From contig CAYMXS010000007.1 of assembly GCA_964394465.1 (NCBI GenBank), positions 7,086 through 71,085 of the forward strand: a DNA stretch of 64,000 nucleotides, in the 5' to 3' direction. The notes beneath the pieces were generated by a model. That model made no database searches, had not been told where the DNA came from, and saw only the letters and a list, made by a program, of their open reading frames with translations. The DNA comes from an uncultured Thermoplasmata archaeon. Its GTDB lineage: Archaea > Thermoplasmatota > Thermoplasmata > Halarchaeoplasmatales > Halarchaeoplasmataceae. Each line of letters opens with the position of its first letter. Position 1 is the stretch's first letter. Below are positions 44,826-54,327 of this stretch, one piece after another. The translations under genes and the position numbers were made by a program.

Positions 44826-47800
44826 TTAGTAGTTCAGTTTTATACTCTTCTTCTGGAAGTAGAGTCCTATTCCAATTATGGAAACGACACCTACTAGTAT
44901 CAGCAGATACATCTTAAGGGAGTTCAGCCGGGCATCTTTTTCTCCAGACGTCAAGATATCGAGCCCTTCCTCCTCTTCCGTATCCTGTTTTTCAGGCCAT
45001 CTAGAACTGACCGCTTTGTCCTGGTATACCGTGTCCTGTTCATTGGTAGAGACCTGCTCTTCAACCGTAACATCGTCTATATACCATCCTCTGTAGTCGT
45101 TGTCGTAATCGTCTACCGAGTCGAATATGAACTTGACTTGTATGGTTTGACCAGCATAACCGGAGATATCGATCGTTTCTTTCACGAAGTTGTTCTCAGA
45201 GCCAACGTTGTCGTCACTCGTATCTCTGTAGTAGACCTGGTCACCATTCACCGTTACCTTACACCAGTCGTATTCACCTTCGTGATCTTCAGTCTTGAAC
45301 CAGTGTTCGAAGCTCAAAGTAGCTCCTGAGACACCGTTAAGATCTATTGTCGGTGATGTCAATATCCCGGTCGTGTGTGAACCTGTGTCGTAGTTTCCCG
45401 TGGAATCCTGGCCGTACCACATCGCCTTGGAACCGCTGCTGCTGTCTCCGTACTGATCGCTATCTTGCGTTAGATGCCACAGGCCGCTCGTGTTCCATGG
45501 GTTACCATTTTCGAAGTCTTCGTAGAATATTGTATCACTACTGCCGCCTCCATCGACGACCTGTGGGTCCGGTTGACTCACGATCCAGTCTTCAACGGTG
45601 TCTGTATCCTCCGAAGTATCTTCTCTTCTGATGACCTCTCCTGTAGAAGCCGATAGTTCACTCCAAGCATCTTGTTCCCAGCCCACTTCATCGACCGTCT
45701 GACCGTCTGTATCGTACAGTGTGAGTGTATCCCCGCCGTTGTTCAGTGAAAGGGGCAGGTCCCAAGCATCTGGAGTTTTACCATATTCACTCTCGAAGGT
45801 GTCTTTGTCCCTGCAGACAGTAAGATGAGTGCCTCCAGGTATCGAGATAGAGTCGTCGAAGGAGTAACTCGAGGACGAATCGTCCTTTATACTCCATCCC
45901 GAAAGCTCAACTGGATCTGAACCAGGGTTGAACAGCTCGATGTATTCCCCCTCTGAATCTGTACCTTCCACGTCGTAATATACCTCGGAAAGCAGTACTG
46001 TTTCAGAGGAAGGAGCGCTTCCTTCGTCGGCTTTCACACTCACATCGTCCACGTACCACCCTCGGTAGGCGTTATCATAATCGTCAAGGGTATCGAAACA
46101 GAACTTTATATTCACCGTTTGGCCAGCGTACTCTGATATATCTATCGTCTCTTTGACAAAGTTGTTTTCCGATCCGACGTTCTCGTCCGAGGTGTCTCTG
46201 AAGTACACCTTTTCGTCGTTTATCTTCACCTTTACATGGTCATAGCTGTCTTCATGGTCCTCCGTCTTGAACCAGTGCCTGAAGGAAAGTTCAGCTTGAG
46301 AAGCCTGAGTCATATCTATGGACTCGGAGACGAGTTGGCCCTTGGTTCTAGAGCCGGTGTCGTAGTCACCTGTCGAGTCCTGCCCATACCACATCGAGTG
46401 AGATGAACTGTAACTGTCACCGTACTGGTCGGATTCATCCACTCTATGCCACAGTCCGCTTGTGCTCCAGCCTGAAGAACTCTCGAAGTCATCCTCAAAT
46501 ATAGTGGTCATTTCTTCTCCATCTTCGCTTACATCTATCGTTTTAGATACTGTATCCGTGGCTCCATCGTCGTCCTCAACGGACAAAGAAACGGTGTAGG
46601 TACCAGGGGAGCCGTAAGGATGGCTTGGATCCTGCTGACTTGAAGTCGTGCCATCACCGAAGTCCCATGAGTAGGAAGCGATATCACCATCGTCGTCCGT
46701 GGAAGAATCGCTGAACTGTACAGTTTCACCTACGGTTGGACTAGCCGGTGAGAAGCTGAAGGAGGCAGAGGGTGCCGTGTTGCTCTCTCCGTCGGAATCG
46801 GCTTTGACCGTTATATCGTCAACGTACCAGCCCCTATAGGCGTTATCGTAATCGTCCACTGAATCGAATATGAACTTCAGCTCTACCGTCTGTCCTGTAA
46901 GAGCAGAAAGGTCGATGGTTTCCTTCACGAAGCTGTTCTCCGAACCGACGTTTTCATCCTTTGTGTTCCTGTAGTATACACGATTATTGTTCACCTTTAC
47001 TATCACCTTGTCGTACTCCCCTTCATCGCAGTTCTCAGTCTTGAACCAATGCTCGAAGGAAAGTTCAGCTTGAGAAGCCTGAGTCAGATCTATGCATGGA
47101 GAAGTGAGCTGGCCAGTCGTATGCGAACCTGTATCGTAGTTCCCTGTTGAATCCTGCCCATACCACATGGAGTGAGATGAACTGTAACTGTCACCGTACT
47201 GGTCGGATTCATCCACTCTATGCCAGAGTCCGCTGGTGCTCCAGGCTGAATCCCCTTCAAAATCCTCGTCTAATAATGTGTTGAGGTCTCCTCCACTGCC
47301 GCTCACGTCTACTGTTTTAGAGATAGAGTCCGAAGCGCCTTCGTTATCCGTCACGATCAACTCAACCGTGTAGGTTCCAGAAGAGGAGTAAGTGTGATAG
47401 GGACTTTCTTCTGTAGAACTTGAACCGTCTCCGAAGTACCATGAGTAGGAAGCGATGCTTCCGTCACTGTCTGAGGAACTATCGGTGAACTGTATGGCTT
47501 CTCCCTCGGTTGGATCCGCAGGAGTAAAGCTGAAGTCCGCCGTCGGTGCTTCATTCTGCTCCTCATCTTCTCCTATCGTAACGGTGTAATCCTCTGTTTC
47601 ACCGTACTCCTGGTTCGAAGTCGGATCGGTATGATAACCATCGTATTCCTGCATCACTCTCATCCTTGTCTCTCCGTTTGAAGCGTCGCTTGGGACCGTT
47701 ATGTCCTTCGTAACCGTTAATGGCTCACTGTTACCGTTTCCGACCTCTACAACTGTATCATCGCTAAGATCAAAGTTCTGGCCCCAGTCTATGACCGCTG

Positions 47801-50800
47801 TTACATACTCTGAATAACCACCGGTGCTTAGGGTGACAGACAACTCGTAGGATTGGCCGGGTGCACATGTCTCGGACACACTTCCTGTATGATCTGCGTA
47901 TCCTCCATCGTCACCGGAGTCTTTGTTGATCCCGTTGAAGTTTACGTTCGTTATATATTCATCATAACTAGTATCTCCACCTTCAACGGTGCTGTATCCC
48001 TGAGTGTCGGATTGAACCGAGATATCCTGAGTCTTTGAGTCCGTCGCTCCGTCGTCATCGGTTACGGTCAACTCTACCGTATAGGTGCCCGAAGAGGAAT
48101 AAGTGTGAGATGGACTCGCTTCCGTTGAACTTGAACCGTCTCCGAAGTTCCATGAGTAAGAGCTTATGCTACCGTCTAAGTCCTCCGAGGTATCGGTGAA
48201 CTGTATCGTTTCTCCAGAAGTCGGCTCGGTAGGATCATAGCTGAAGTCAGCCGTGGGTACCGTGTTCTCCTCACTGCTCTGGACTGTTATGTTCTTTGTA
48301 GTAGTGTCCGTCGCCCCTTCGTTATCCGTTACGGTCAACTCTACCGTGTAAGTTCCGGATGAGGAATAACTGTGTGCTGGGTCAGCTTGCGTTGAAGTCG
48401 AACTGTCACCGAAGTTCCAGTTCCATGAAACAATATCGTTCTCAGGCGTTGAACCGTCCTGGAATTGAACCGTATCTTCAGTGGTAGGGTTTGAAGGCGT
48501 GTAATCGAAGCTCGCCGTCGGTCCCTCGTCATCTGACCCTGTAGTCGAGAATGAGAAACTGTAATCTTCTCCCATGGTGTTCCCGACCTGGTCGCTTATG
48601 CTTCCTGAAACAGTAACTTGATAATCCGTATCGGACTGTAACCTGTCGTCCTTCATCTGATAGGCGAAACATGTGTCATAGCCGTCCAGATCGTTCCATT
48701 TATCGTTCTCTGGATCATATTGTGACAGATATCCTTTGTCGTAGCTATTGTCCGTCAGGCTCAACCTGTAACGATCTTCCTCGCTACCAGCGTCTTCCAT
48801 GCTGCATCTTATCCCGTACTGGGCTCCAGCGTCCACTTGGATAGGATCTTCAAGGTTCAAGCTTATCCAAGAGGCTTCTTCTGAACCGGTACCGACATCG
48901 GAAGGTTCGATATATTTAGTCATTAAAGCCTGACCTTCTGGTGCCCCATCTATCAATTGAACCTTTAGATCCTCTGGGGGATTTCCTAACTTGAACATAT
49001 TGAGCTTTAAGGAGCTTATCTCACCGCTGGTCTGAGGCTCGAAACCCTGGACGCACACGTATCCCTTGTAACAGGAAGCGGCATAATCTCCATCCTGGTA
49101 GTTCCCGTCGGTGTACAGTGGCACATCCATCTTCGAACTGTTCTGATCCAGTAGGAGGCCATGTCCAACATCGGGAGTTATATCTATAGTAGAACCGTCA
49201 ACGGTCGAAGTGTCTATGTTCTCCGAGAAATCCACCGTTATTCTTTCTGTGTCTATGGGAACGCTCTGTTCGTTGTCGAAGGGCTCGGTAGAAGTAACTT
49301 GAGGCGATTCCGCGTCAACATGAGCTGAATCCGTCTTCAACTGTGAACTCCCGTCTCCAACGTTATCATCTTCGTAGTAAACTGTTATCGTATCGCCGTG
49401 TGATATTATCAAATCATTAACACCCGATTTCGAGATGTCTATAGACCCTGTGAACTTCCCGGGACTATCATCGCTTTCGGAGAGTTGCACCGTTTCGTTT
49501 GAACCCTCTGTATCGCTGTATATATCAACGTTCTGACTACCAGTACCGGCTACATCTGAATCGAATAATTCTATCTGGACGGTATCCTGAGCGGGATAAA
49601 CGTCTTTGTTAAGCGTTATCTCGCCGTCGGAGCCTTCATCACCGGTGAATTCGACTTCTACTGTACTAGGGATCGTGGATGGGACGTCAGGTGAATTCTC
49701 TGATTCGAAGGTCGGCGCCCCGATCTCGTAACCAGAATCGTAATACTCTACATCGAAAGAGGATATGGTGGTCTCACCGGAGCTCTGCCCCATCTCGAGG
49801 TAGAAGTTCGTTTCTCCCTGACCCTCGTTCCAATCGTCTGCGAACTTGGTCATATCTACAGCCATGAAATCTGGATAGGGATGATCTCCGCCGTCGGAAG
49901 AGTATAATGGATCTCTAGATTCGACTGGGTTATTCGATGGACCTATACCCACTTCAGTACTGGCCGTTCTACTACCCGTCTCTGAGAACCCCCACGTGCC
50001 GAGTAGCTTTGGATGTTCCTGCTCTCCCTCGTAATAGGGGTCTATTAAACGATAGGCCGATTTGTATCCCCCTACGATCTCTCCGAAGCAGTCGTATGTC
50101 ATCCAATAGGTACCGTCATCGTTAGGTCCCCAGTAGGAGCCCCAGGAGTTGGCTACCTTGAACGCGCCGGTCTCACCGTCCTGAGATATGGAATCGTTGT
50201 ATCCCACTATAGTGTTCACGTGGTTGGTCTCATTCTCCACGTACTCCTCGCTTGTCATCACGTTATCGTCTCCGAAATAGCCGAACGCATCTTCATACTC
50301 GTTGGCATCCAAAGCGAGATTGACCAGGTGTTCGTCCTGGAGCCATGTTTTGACCACGTCGACTGAAGAAGTGGATTCGAAGTCACCCGTTCTGAACTGA
50401 GGCGCGCATCTCCAGGCGTCCTCATCGCCCCATGCTGTGACGTTGCTGGCATCATATGGCATAGTTTCAAGGTTCGCACAGCCCAGATCATCTAAAACGT
50501 CTGAAAGCGAATATATGTGGGAGCCTCCGTCCTCACCGCCGTTTACCTTGTTGTAGGCCCAGGCCGGGCTCATAAGGTACTCTTCGTTCCCTGTAGAGGC
50601 GTTTAAGCCGTGTGCTTTTGCCTGCAGAAACGTGTTGGAGTAATATACTATACCCCATGCGGCACAGGAACCCTGCTGTCCCTGATTACCTATGGGTGGG
50701 AAATATTTCCTCTCTGTTAGATCCAGATCGCTATCGGAAAGTATCTGGTCTGTAGGCCCCTTCACGTCTTCGACCACTTTCATGTCGTCGGCCATATCTT

Positions 50801-51086
50801 CGTACGTCTCTTCTGATGGGGGTGCGTAACCGGTTCCGTGGCCGTTGATTATCTCGTTGTAGTCCTTTCCAGTTTCTTTAACACCGAGTTCTGCTTTCAT
50901 CCTCTTCATCTCCGAGGCGCTCAGTTCTCTGGAAACGAACGTGATCTTCTCATCCGCTCTGGTTTTCCCTTTATCATTCACACCCAGACCGTGCTCTATA
51001 TCCTTTATCGCTATCGTCAGACCAGCACTGATCAGTAGGACCGCTACGAAAAGTGCCGCCAATCTGTAGTATCTCTTATCTATCAT
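44826..51086 (-). CDS. Giant acidic cell-surface protein (2086 aa): signal peptide, papain-like C1 cysteine peptidase domain, a ~470-aa uncharacterized region, 3 PKD domains alternating with 3 copies of an unassigned ~165-aa jelly-roll-like repeat, a lamin-tail domain, and a C-terminal TM anchor.
   Basis: C1 motifs QGQQGSCAAWG (Cys), HVNTIVGY (His), NSWGSYWG (Asn). PKD signature WNFGDSS...HSYSSSGTYTVELTVTD. Repeat signature GLWHRVDESDQYGDS..MWYGQDSTGNYDTG...HWFKTE...YRGWYVDD. LTD region EVYYDVEGTDSEGEYIELFNPGSDPVELSGWSI. Starts 19 bp after the stop of the upstream 1011-aa gene, so likely co-transcribed with it. Confidence 0.6.
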   Translation of the reverse strand: MIDKRYYRLAALFVAVLLISAGLTIAIKDIEHGLGVNDKGKTRADEKITFVSRELSASEMKRMKAELGVKETGKDYNEIINGHGTGYAPPSEETYEDMADDMKVVEDVKGPTDQILSDSDLDLTERKYFPPIGNQGQQGSCAAWGIVYYSNTFLQAKAHGLNASTGNEEYLMSPAWAYNKVNGGEDGGSHIYSLSDVLDDLGCANLETMPYDASNVTAWGDEDAWRCAPQFRTGDFESTSSVDVVKTWLQDEHLVNLALDANEYEDAFGYFGDDNVMTSEEYVENETNHVNTIVGYNDSISQDGETGAFKVANSWGSYWGPNDDGTYWMTYDCFGEIVGGYKSAYRLIDPYYEGEQEHPKLLGTWGFSETGSRTASTEVGIGPSNNPVESRDPLYSSDGGDHPYPDFMAVDMTKFADDWNEGQGETNFYLEMGQSSGETTISSFDVEYYDSGYEIGAPTFESENSPDVPSTIPSTVEVEFTGDEGSDGEITLNKDVYPAQDTVQIELFDSDVAGTGSQNVDIYSDTEGSNETVQLSESDDSPGKFTGSIDISKSGVNDLIISHGDTITVYYEDDNVGDGSSQLKTDSAHVDAESPQVTSTEPFDNEQSVPIDTERITVDFSENIDTSTVDGSTIDITPDVGHGLLLDQNSSKMDVPLYTDGNYQDGDYAASCYKGYVCVQGFEPQTSGEISSLKLNMFKLGNPPEDLKVQLIDGAPEGQALMTKYIEPSDVGTGSEEASWISLNLEDPIQVDAGAQYGIRCSMEDAGSEEDRYRLSLTDNSYDKGYLSQYDPENDKWNDLDGYDTCFAYQMKDDRLQSDTDYQVTVSGSISDQVGNTMGEDYSFSFSTTGSDDEGPTASFDYTPSNPTTEDTVQFQDGSTPENDIVSWNWNFGDSSTSTQADPAHSYSSSGTYTVELTVTDNEGATDTTTKNITVQSSEENTVPTADFSYDPTEPTSGETIQFTDTSEDLDGSISSYSWNFGDGSSSTEASPSHTYSSSGTYTVELTVTDDDGATDSKTQDISVQSDTQGYSTVEGGDTSYDEYITNVNFNGINKDSGDDGGYADHTGSVSETCAPGQSYELSVTLSTGGYSEYVTAVIDWGQNFDLSDDTVVEVGNGNSEPLTVTKDITVPSDASNGETRMRVMQEYDGYHTDPTSNQEYGETEDYTVTIGEDEEQNEAPTADFSFTPADPTEGEAIQFTDSSSDSDGSIASYSWYFGDGSSSTEESPYHTYSSSGTYTVELIVTDNEGASDSISKTVDVSGSGGDLNTLLDEDFEGDSAWSTSGLWHRVDESDQYGDSYSSSHSMWYGQDSTGNYDTGSHTTGQLTSPCIDLTQASQAELSFEHWFKTENCDEGEYDKVIVKVNNNRVYYRNTKDENVGSENSFVKETIDLSALTGQTVELKFIFDSVDDYDNAYRGWYVDDITVKADSDGESNTAPSASFSFSPASPTVGETVQFSDSSTDDDGDIASYSWDFGDGTTSSQQDPSHPYGSPGTYTVSLSVEDDDGATDTVSKTIDVSEDGEEMTTIFEDDFESSSGWSTSGLWHRVDESDQYGDSYSSSHSMWYGQDSTGDYDTGSRTKGQLVSESIDMTQASQAELSFRHWFKTEDHEDSYDHVKVKINDEKVYFRDTSDENVGSENNFVKETIDISEYAGQTVNIKFCFDTLDDYDNAYRGWYVDDVSVKADEGSAPSSETVLLSEVYYDVEGTDSEGEYIELFNPGSDPVELSGWSIKDDSSSSYSFDDSISIPGGTHLTVCRDKDTFESEYGKTPDAWDLPLSLNNGGDTLTLYDTDGQTVDEVGWEQDAWSELSASTGEVIRREDTSEDTDTVEDWIVSQPDPQVVDGGGSSDTIFYEDFENGNPWNTSGLWHLTQDSDQYGDSSSGSKAMWYGQDSTGNYDTGSHTTGILTSPTIDLNGVSGATLSFEHWFKTEDHEGEYDWCKVTVNGDQVYYRDTSDDNVGSENNFVKETIDISGYAGQTIQVKFIFDSVDDYDNDYRGWYIDDVTVEEQVSTNEQDTVYQDKAVSSRWPEKQDTEEEEGLDILTSGEKDARLNSLKMYLLILVGVVSIIGIGLYFQKKSIKLNY

Positions 51087-51105
51087 CTTCGTTCTCTCCT
51101 TTTAT

Positions 51106-54100
51106 TTATCTCCTTTTTGTTTTGGTCTCATCTCGTTCTTTTTTTCTGCTTCTAAGTGAGTAGACACCTCCGCCTACAAGACAGAAAGATGTGCATACTA
51201 GTAAGAAAATGGTTTTCAGGCCCACTCCGGTCAACATGTTCGGAGCGAGCGAGCTACTCTCTTCGTTCTCTTTCGTTGCTTCTCCTCGCGTTGGAGCGTT
51301 TTCATAGGAAGCGCCACCGAAATCCTCAGCAGCCTCTGAGGTACTTGTGACCTGACCGGCGTCGGCCTTGACCTCTATATCGTCCACGTACCAGCCCCGA
51401 TAACCGTTGTCATAATCGTCTATGGAATCGAAGATGAACTTGATCGTAACCGTTTGACCGGTATAAGAGGACAAGTCTATGGTCTCCTTCACGAAATCAT
51501 CTTCTGAACCAACGTTGTCGTCACTCGTGTCTCTGTAGTAGACCTGTTCTCCGTTGACCGTCACCTTGACCTGGTCGAATTCATCGTCGTAATCTTCGGT
51601 TCTAAACCAGTGTGAGAAGCTCAACTCTGCCTGCGCTGCCTCTAACAGGTCGATAGTCGGAAGAGTAAGAACCCCTCTAGTATGTGAACCGGTATCGTAA
51701 GTTCCCGTGGAATCCTGACCGTACCATATAGCGTTTGATCCATCGTTGGCGTCTCCGTACTGGTCGTTCTCATCCACTGTATGCCATAGACCAGTTGTAC
51801 TGTATCCCGAGGGATCGCCTTCGAAGCCCTGCGTGTATATTGAATTTAGACCGTCATTACCACCGTCATCGTTATCATCATCATCCCCGTCACCTTCTGA
51901 CCCACTGGAAACTTTCACATCGTCTACATACCAACCGCGATAGTCATTGTTGTAATCGTCTATGGAATCGAAGGTGAACTCGATCTCTACCGTTTGACCC
52001 GCATAAGATGAGATATCGATGGTCTCTTCGACGAAGTTGTCTTCTGAGCCAACATCATCGTCTGTCGTGTCTCTGTAATACACCTTCTCTCCGTTCACCG
52101 TGACTTTCACCTTGTCATAGTTACCGTCGTCGTAGTTCTCCGTCTCGTACCAGTGCTGAAAGCTCAACGAAGCCTCAGCAGCAGAGCTCAGGTCTACCGA
52201 TTTGCTCAACGAACCGGTCGTATGTGAACCGGTATCGTAATCTCCTGAGGAATCCTGACCGTACCACATGGCGTTGGTTCCACTGCTGCTGTCTCCGTAC
52301 TGATCGTTTTCTGAAACGAGGTGCCATAATCCGTTGGTCGACCATGCTGATGATCCGTCCTCGAAATCCTCGTCTATCGTACTGGTTTCACCACCATCGT
52401 TTCCGCTGCTCACCGATACATCTCTCGTAGATGTGGATGAAGAACCGTCGTTATCTTCGACGGTCAGTGAAACAGTGTAAGTGCCTTCAGAATCAAAGTC
52501 GTGTGTAGGGTCCTGTTCGTTACTGTTGGTACCGTCGCCGAAGTCCCAGGACCACGAAGTTATAGAGCCATCTGGGTCAGAAGACACGTCGGTGAATTCT
52601 ACATTCAACTCGTTCACTTGATGCTCGAAGGAAGACTCAGGGCCTTCATTCTCGTCGTTTCCGCCTGACGATGTAGAAGTAACCTTCACATCGTCCATAT
52701 GCCAGTTATCCGACCATTCAGGGTCTCCGTCCGTCTGCCTGTACATTACCTTGAAGTCTGAATGGAACGCTTCTGAAGGCAGCTCTACATTCATCTGGAT
52801 GATCTCTCCTGCTGTTCCTCCGCCGGCATACGTTTTTAGGTGATCCCAGTTTCCTTCATTGTCTTTGTACGAAACGACCAGATCTTCTCCCTCGTCTGGA
52901 TTTTCACTGAAACTGTCCTTACCTCTGCGTATCCACGTTTTCAACCTTGCATCTTGAACTCCGTTGATATCTATAGTGGGGGAAACGACACTGGCGGTTC
53001 CACCGCAGGTGTAAAGCGAGTAGGAGCCAGAACCGGTACTCTCCGATCCATAATTCGAAGTGATGCCTGCATGACTTCCGTCGTTAGTGTTGGTAGACCA
53101 GTCGTTCAGTGAACCGTCTTCGAAGTCGTCCTCGAATATCGTCGTCGGGCCACCAATTACTTCTGCGTTCAGTTCGTAAGTCCCGTCGCCGCCGTCCGAA
53201 TGTACCATGATTATGTAAGTTCCGGCTTCCGGGTTATCTATAGTCAAGGATTCGTCTGTATCAGACCAGCCGTCGCTCTTTTTGTCATGGTCCGAAAGGG
53301 TCGGCTCCTCTCCTTTACTCACATAGAGATCGAAATCGGTGAACCACCCTCCGGAACCGTCCAAGTCTAAGGTCAGCTCGTCACGGGCCTGGTCTAACTC
53401 CAACGTGTAATACTGTCTATAATCGTCCTCTTTTAATTCCCCCGAGACTTCGTTCTGCGTGTTCAGTTCATGATAACCGTTATCTCCGTCCTGCATGTGC
53501 AGGAACGTGTACGTCTCGTCGTCACTCAGTTCCCAGTCAGCTCCGAAATTACATGACGAATGATAAGATATCTCGCCGTTACCCAGGTAAAGTGCGTTAT
53601 GCTGTATATGACCGTCTCCATTATGATCGTAAGCTATCACATCACCGACATGTAATTGATCTACACTTGAGACCTCTTCAGCATATCCTTCCTCTAAGAG
53701 AAAATCGACGAAGTTCTGAGCTCCGGGTTCTCCATATGTAGGCGGAACTCTTGAAGGAACGGGGATTCCTCCACCCTTCTGGTTTTCCTCGTCACCGACA
53801 CAGCATGAGATAAAATGCGTACAGTCCCATCCTCCCGAGACTTCCGTGCCTTGGTCCAGTTCTACGTAATCCGTCTGGGTCTCCCAGAAGTACCCATCGC
53901 TGGGTACCACGTCCCAGTACTCGTAGGCGTATTCATAGGCTGATCTACGGTCGTAGAAGGAAGCAGGTTCATCCATGAGTGAATCATCATCTGATGTTTT
54001 ATCCGAGCTGCCCGCTAGTTGTTCATGGCCTTCACCTATAGAGGCGAAACTGACCATGAACGCTGAGAACAGCAGGACCAGCACCACACCTACTCCTACC

Positions 54101-54141
54101 AACTTGACCCCTTTACTATCTTTATCTTCTTTTTTTATCAT
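51106..54141 (-). CDS. Giant surface protein (1011 aa): N-terminal TM, NlpC/P60-superfamily amidase-like (Amidase_6-like) Cys/His domain, PPC (pre-peptidase C-terminal) domain, 3 copies of the ~165-aa repeat (the first divergent), PKD domain, Asp-rich linker, C-terminal TM.
   Basis: Amidase-like SGGWDCTHFISCCV...GDVIAYDHNGDGHIQHNALYLG. PPC region DLYVSKGEEPTL...GTYIIMVHS. Repeats with GLWH..ENDQYGD..WYGQDS.G.YDTG. Confidence 0.55.
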   Translation of the reverse strand: MIKKEDKDSKGVKLVGVGVVLVLLFSAFMVSFASIGEGHEQLAGSSDKTSDDDSLMDEPASFYDRRSAYEYAYEYWDVVPSDGYFWETQTDYVELDQGTEVSGGWDCTHFISCCVGDEENQKGGGIPVPSRVPPTYGEPGAQNFVDFLLEEGYAEEVSSVDQLHVGDVIAYDHNGDGHIQHNALYLGNGEISYHSSCNFGADWELSDDETYTFLHMQDGDNGYHELNTQNEVSGELKEDDYRQYYTLELDQARDELTLDLDGSGGWFTDFDLYVSKGEEPTLSDHDKKSDGWSDTDESLTIDNPEAGTYIIMVHSDGGDGTYELNAEVIGGPTTIFEDDFEDGSLNDWSTNTNDGSHAGITSNYGSESTGSGSYSLYTCGGTASVVSPTIDINGVQDARLKTWIRRGKDSFSENPDEGEDLVVSYKDNEGNWDHLKTYAGGGTAGEIIQMNVELPSEAFHSDFKVMYRQTDGDPEWSDNWHMDDVKVTSTSSGGNDENEGPESSFEHQVNELNVEFTDVSSDPDGSITSWSWDFGDGTNSNEQDPTHDFDSEGTYTVSLTVEDNDGSSSTSTRDVSVSSGNDGGETSTIDEDFEDGSSAWSTNGLWHLVSENDQYGDSSSGTNAMWYGQDSSGDYDTGSHTTGSLSKSVDLSSAAEASLSFQHWYETENYDDGNYDKVKVTVNGEKVYYRDTTDDDVGSEDNFVEETIDISSYAGQTVEIEFTFDSIDDYNNDYRGWYVDDVKVSSGSEGDGDDDDNDDGGNDGLNSIYTQGFEGDPSGYSTTGLWHTVDENDQYGDANDGSNAIWYGQDSTGTYDTGSHTRGVLTLPTIDLLEAAQAELSFSHWFRTEDYDDEFDQVKVTVNGEQVYYRDTSDDNVGSEDDFVKETIDLSSYTGQTVTIKFIFDSIDDYDNGYRGWYVDDIEVKADAGQVTSTSEAAEDFGGASYENAPTRGEATKENEESSSLAPNMLTGVGLKTIFLLVCTSFCLVGGGVYSLRSRKKERDETKTKRR

Positions 54142-54211
54142 CTTTTTCCTCCTGATGAGATAGCTCTTTTCTTCTGTTTCCGGCTACCCCCTGCTTATAT
54201 AAAAAGAGAAT

Positions 54212-54244
54212 CCGCATATATGCAGGAATCTAGGGATTATGCGC
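54212..54244 (-). promoter_or_regulatory. Conserved palindromic element CCGCATATATGC-N12-ATTATGCG, about 70-100 bp upstream of the 1011-aa surface-protein gene; putative promoter (TATA-like ATATAT) or operator.
   Basis: Same element with identical 12-nt spacing at 59046-59077, upstream of the 1551-aa gene. The GCATATATGC core is a perfect palindrome. Confidence 0.45.
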
Positions 54245-54327
54245 ACCCGTCATCGGGACAAAATTTAGAACTCTAGACAAGTGCAAAAAAGGTGTAAAAA
54301 AGAGGGAGTTAACGGGTTTTTATCTAG